A DNA stretch of 64,000 nt from Laetmonice hystrix (Eukaryota), in assembly GCA_965235115.1 (NCBI GenBank), contig OZ249445.1:8680001-8744000 (forward strand), in the 5' to 3' direction. The position numbers were made by a program, and so were the translations under genes. Position 1 is the first letter of the stretch. Each line of letters begins with the position of its first letter. The notes beneath the pieces were generated by a model. The model made no database searches. It was given only the letters and a program-made list of their open reading frames with translations, and was not told where the DNA came from. Positions 61,921 through 64,000 of this stretch are shown here, one piece after another.

Positions 61921-62335
61921 CATAATGATGCAACCACTTGAGAAAACAATTATGGTTTAGAAATAACCTTTCGTTTGTTTGAACTAATTACGATTAGCTT
62001 AGGCCACAGAATGCACATCCGGTTTGAGCTAGATTTATTTGCCCACAGGGGTTGAGAAATTATCGCAAGGACCGTGAAGACTAATAATGGTAGTGCCACT
62101 TGGGATTCTTCGTTATCCAGCAACACCTTAACACCTTAACACCAACAACTGTAACGCCTTCAGTCTAAGTTTGTGCAAGGCGATTTGTGCAAGACATGAT
62201 TTATAATAAGTGTTCAGGAGATATATGGGTAAAATTTCCTTGTGATAAGGTCAGATTTTTCAGTTAAATGGTCACACATTTACCATGCCACGATAATTTC
62301 AGAATAGTTTCTGTGATCTCAGTTAAAAGGACAGA

Positions 62336-62417
62336 GCTCCAAACAGGGTTGCGCTTGCTTGCTCCAAACAGGGCTGCGCTTGCTTGCTCCAAACAGGGAT
62401 GAGCTTGCTTGCTCCAA
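62336..62417. repeat. 25-bp tandem repeat x3.3
   Basis: GCTCCAAACAGGGNTG(C/A)GCTTGCTT three times plus a partial unit. Confidence 0.9.
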
Positions 62418-64000
62418 TGAGCTTTCTTGCTCGCGGTCTACTAGCGGTCAACAAGTGTGCTGCCGATCTCTGTCCCGGCCAGCCAACCACAGTGACGTTA
62501 TAACAGTGCCATCTTGGTGCAGCAAACGGATGTCTGCCTCGGTCTCAGGACCCAACACTATGGGCTAAATATAGTCTCATTTAGTCAGCCCAATACCGAA
62601 ATCTCATCCGGGGTACAAAGCTATTTATCATTCTCTATTTCAAGTAAAAACCCGGAGCTTGTCGCTATTTTCCCTATACAGGGACCGTCAAGAATCACGC
62701 GGATTTCAACCGGGCCTGACTCAAACCAGCGAATTCTTGCCGAGGGGTGGCCACTTTTTGCCTGACCACACGCATTGCCTTATGACACCAAGAGAGCGTC
62801 AAGATGACTTTTGACTTTTTATTGGTTATCTCTGTAAATGTTTTCAACGTCCGTGTTCCTTTGGGAAATACTTATTAAAGGTCAGGTCAATCGGGTACCC
62901 TAACAGGACAACTACAACGTCTGCCTTTTCAAATCAGTCTTCGCCTTTTTTAGATAAAAGTCATAATGGAATAGGCATTCAGGGGCTAATTCACAAAGAA
63001 TTTCCAATTTAGAGAAACATTTTCTGAAAATCTGTATGACTTGGAAGCAGAAATGCATATGGGTTATGATTTCCCCATAGTGATATTTGTATATTATTAC
63101 TCTCCATTTCAAGTAAAACGGGCAAAGGTATTTTTGTTGCGCAAGAAGCTTTTGTGTTTAAGAATATTTTAATGGGAGATTTTCACCGCTTTAATCAAAT
63201 ATTCACTTCGAATAAATTGTCGGCTTAGTAACTGCCCTCTTGATGGATAAATTATGTTGCCTTGGTTCTTTCGCTTATTTTCTATAATTATGACAGACAT
63301 AAAAACTTTTTTAACTAAGAAAAGAATGACAAAGAGACTGGAAGAAGCTGATATGAAAGTTTATTTATAGTCAAGTGAGTGACATATATATACTGAATGG
63401 ACCTTTAAAAGATATCAAGACAATGCACCCCGTGGCTTTCTTGCTGCAAAAACTTCAGTGTTTCTTTCCTTACTATAACCGCCCTGTATATGTCAGGGGT
63501 TGAAGTGTGAACTGGAGTGTCGTTTTAAAGCCTTGCCAAGTCGTTTGCAGGTTGTGTTTTTTGATAATCATCTTTAATTTGAGAGGGGACCCCTCCTCCC
63601 GCGACAGCGCCGCAGACAGCCATGAAAAGCGCAAGGTGCGGGTGGAAGTGACCTCCATGTTTGGTGACATCAGTTTGAGGTCGAAGGTCAGCTGGTATCG
63701 GCTGATGAACTGACATCCGCGTTCATTGGCAATGTTTGAAGTCTGACAGATGGCCCCCGCTCACATCATGTCACGCTTCCCTTCCTACCCTTCTATATTT
63801 GATCGCATTCGTTGTTCGCATCAGCCACCCTACTTTTGTTTGGGGGGGGGGGTCTCATCATACAGCCAGTTCTTTGTATTAATGATCCTAACTCCTGAAG
63901 GAACTGTTAGCCTTACATATCTAAGAAACCTTTCTTCATATAAGTTTGTTTTAAACGGGCTGATATATACATTTTGGCCCATACCAAAGTGTGATCTCTA

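Overview
Eukaryotic, probably invertebrate-animal genomic DNA (inference from the repeat families, the introns, the microsatellites and two N gaps). There is one convincing coding region: a 3,675-bp uninterrupted ORF (43444-47118, +, 1,224 aa) that starts 67 bp after a strong splice acceptor. The protein is mostly Ser/Gly/His-rich low-complexity sequence. It contains four copies of a 20-aa motif I cannot assign to a known domain (W[VI]xx[NDS]Kxx[VF]xxI[VF][DE]xx[LIMV]xx[MLA]), a PLDLS CtBP-type motif, an LxxLL box, a bipartite NLS, poly-His tracts and a C-terminal FKWKSSLLMRV motif. Together these suggest an uncharacterised nuclear co-regulator scaffold, but I cannot name the gene. I found no other identifiable gene. 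The rest of the window holds fold-back PIF/Harbinger-type MITEs with CWG target duplications, a TTAA-flanked Kolobok-like element, two further TIR elements, a truncated Meta-type SINE, and a 1.35-kb two-unit minisatellite sitting inside an older degenerate repeat. It also has several near-consensus CTCF motifs and clusters of nuclear-receptor, CSL and ETS-type sites. No rRNA, tRNA, CRISPR array or transposase/RT ORF is supported.
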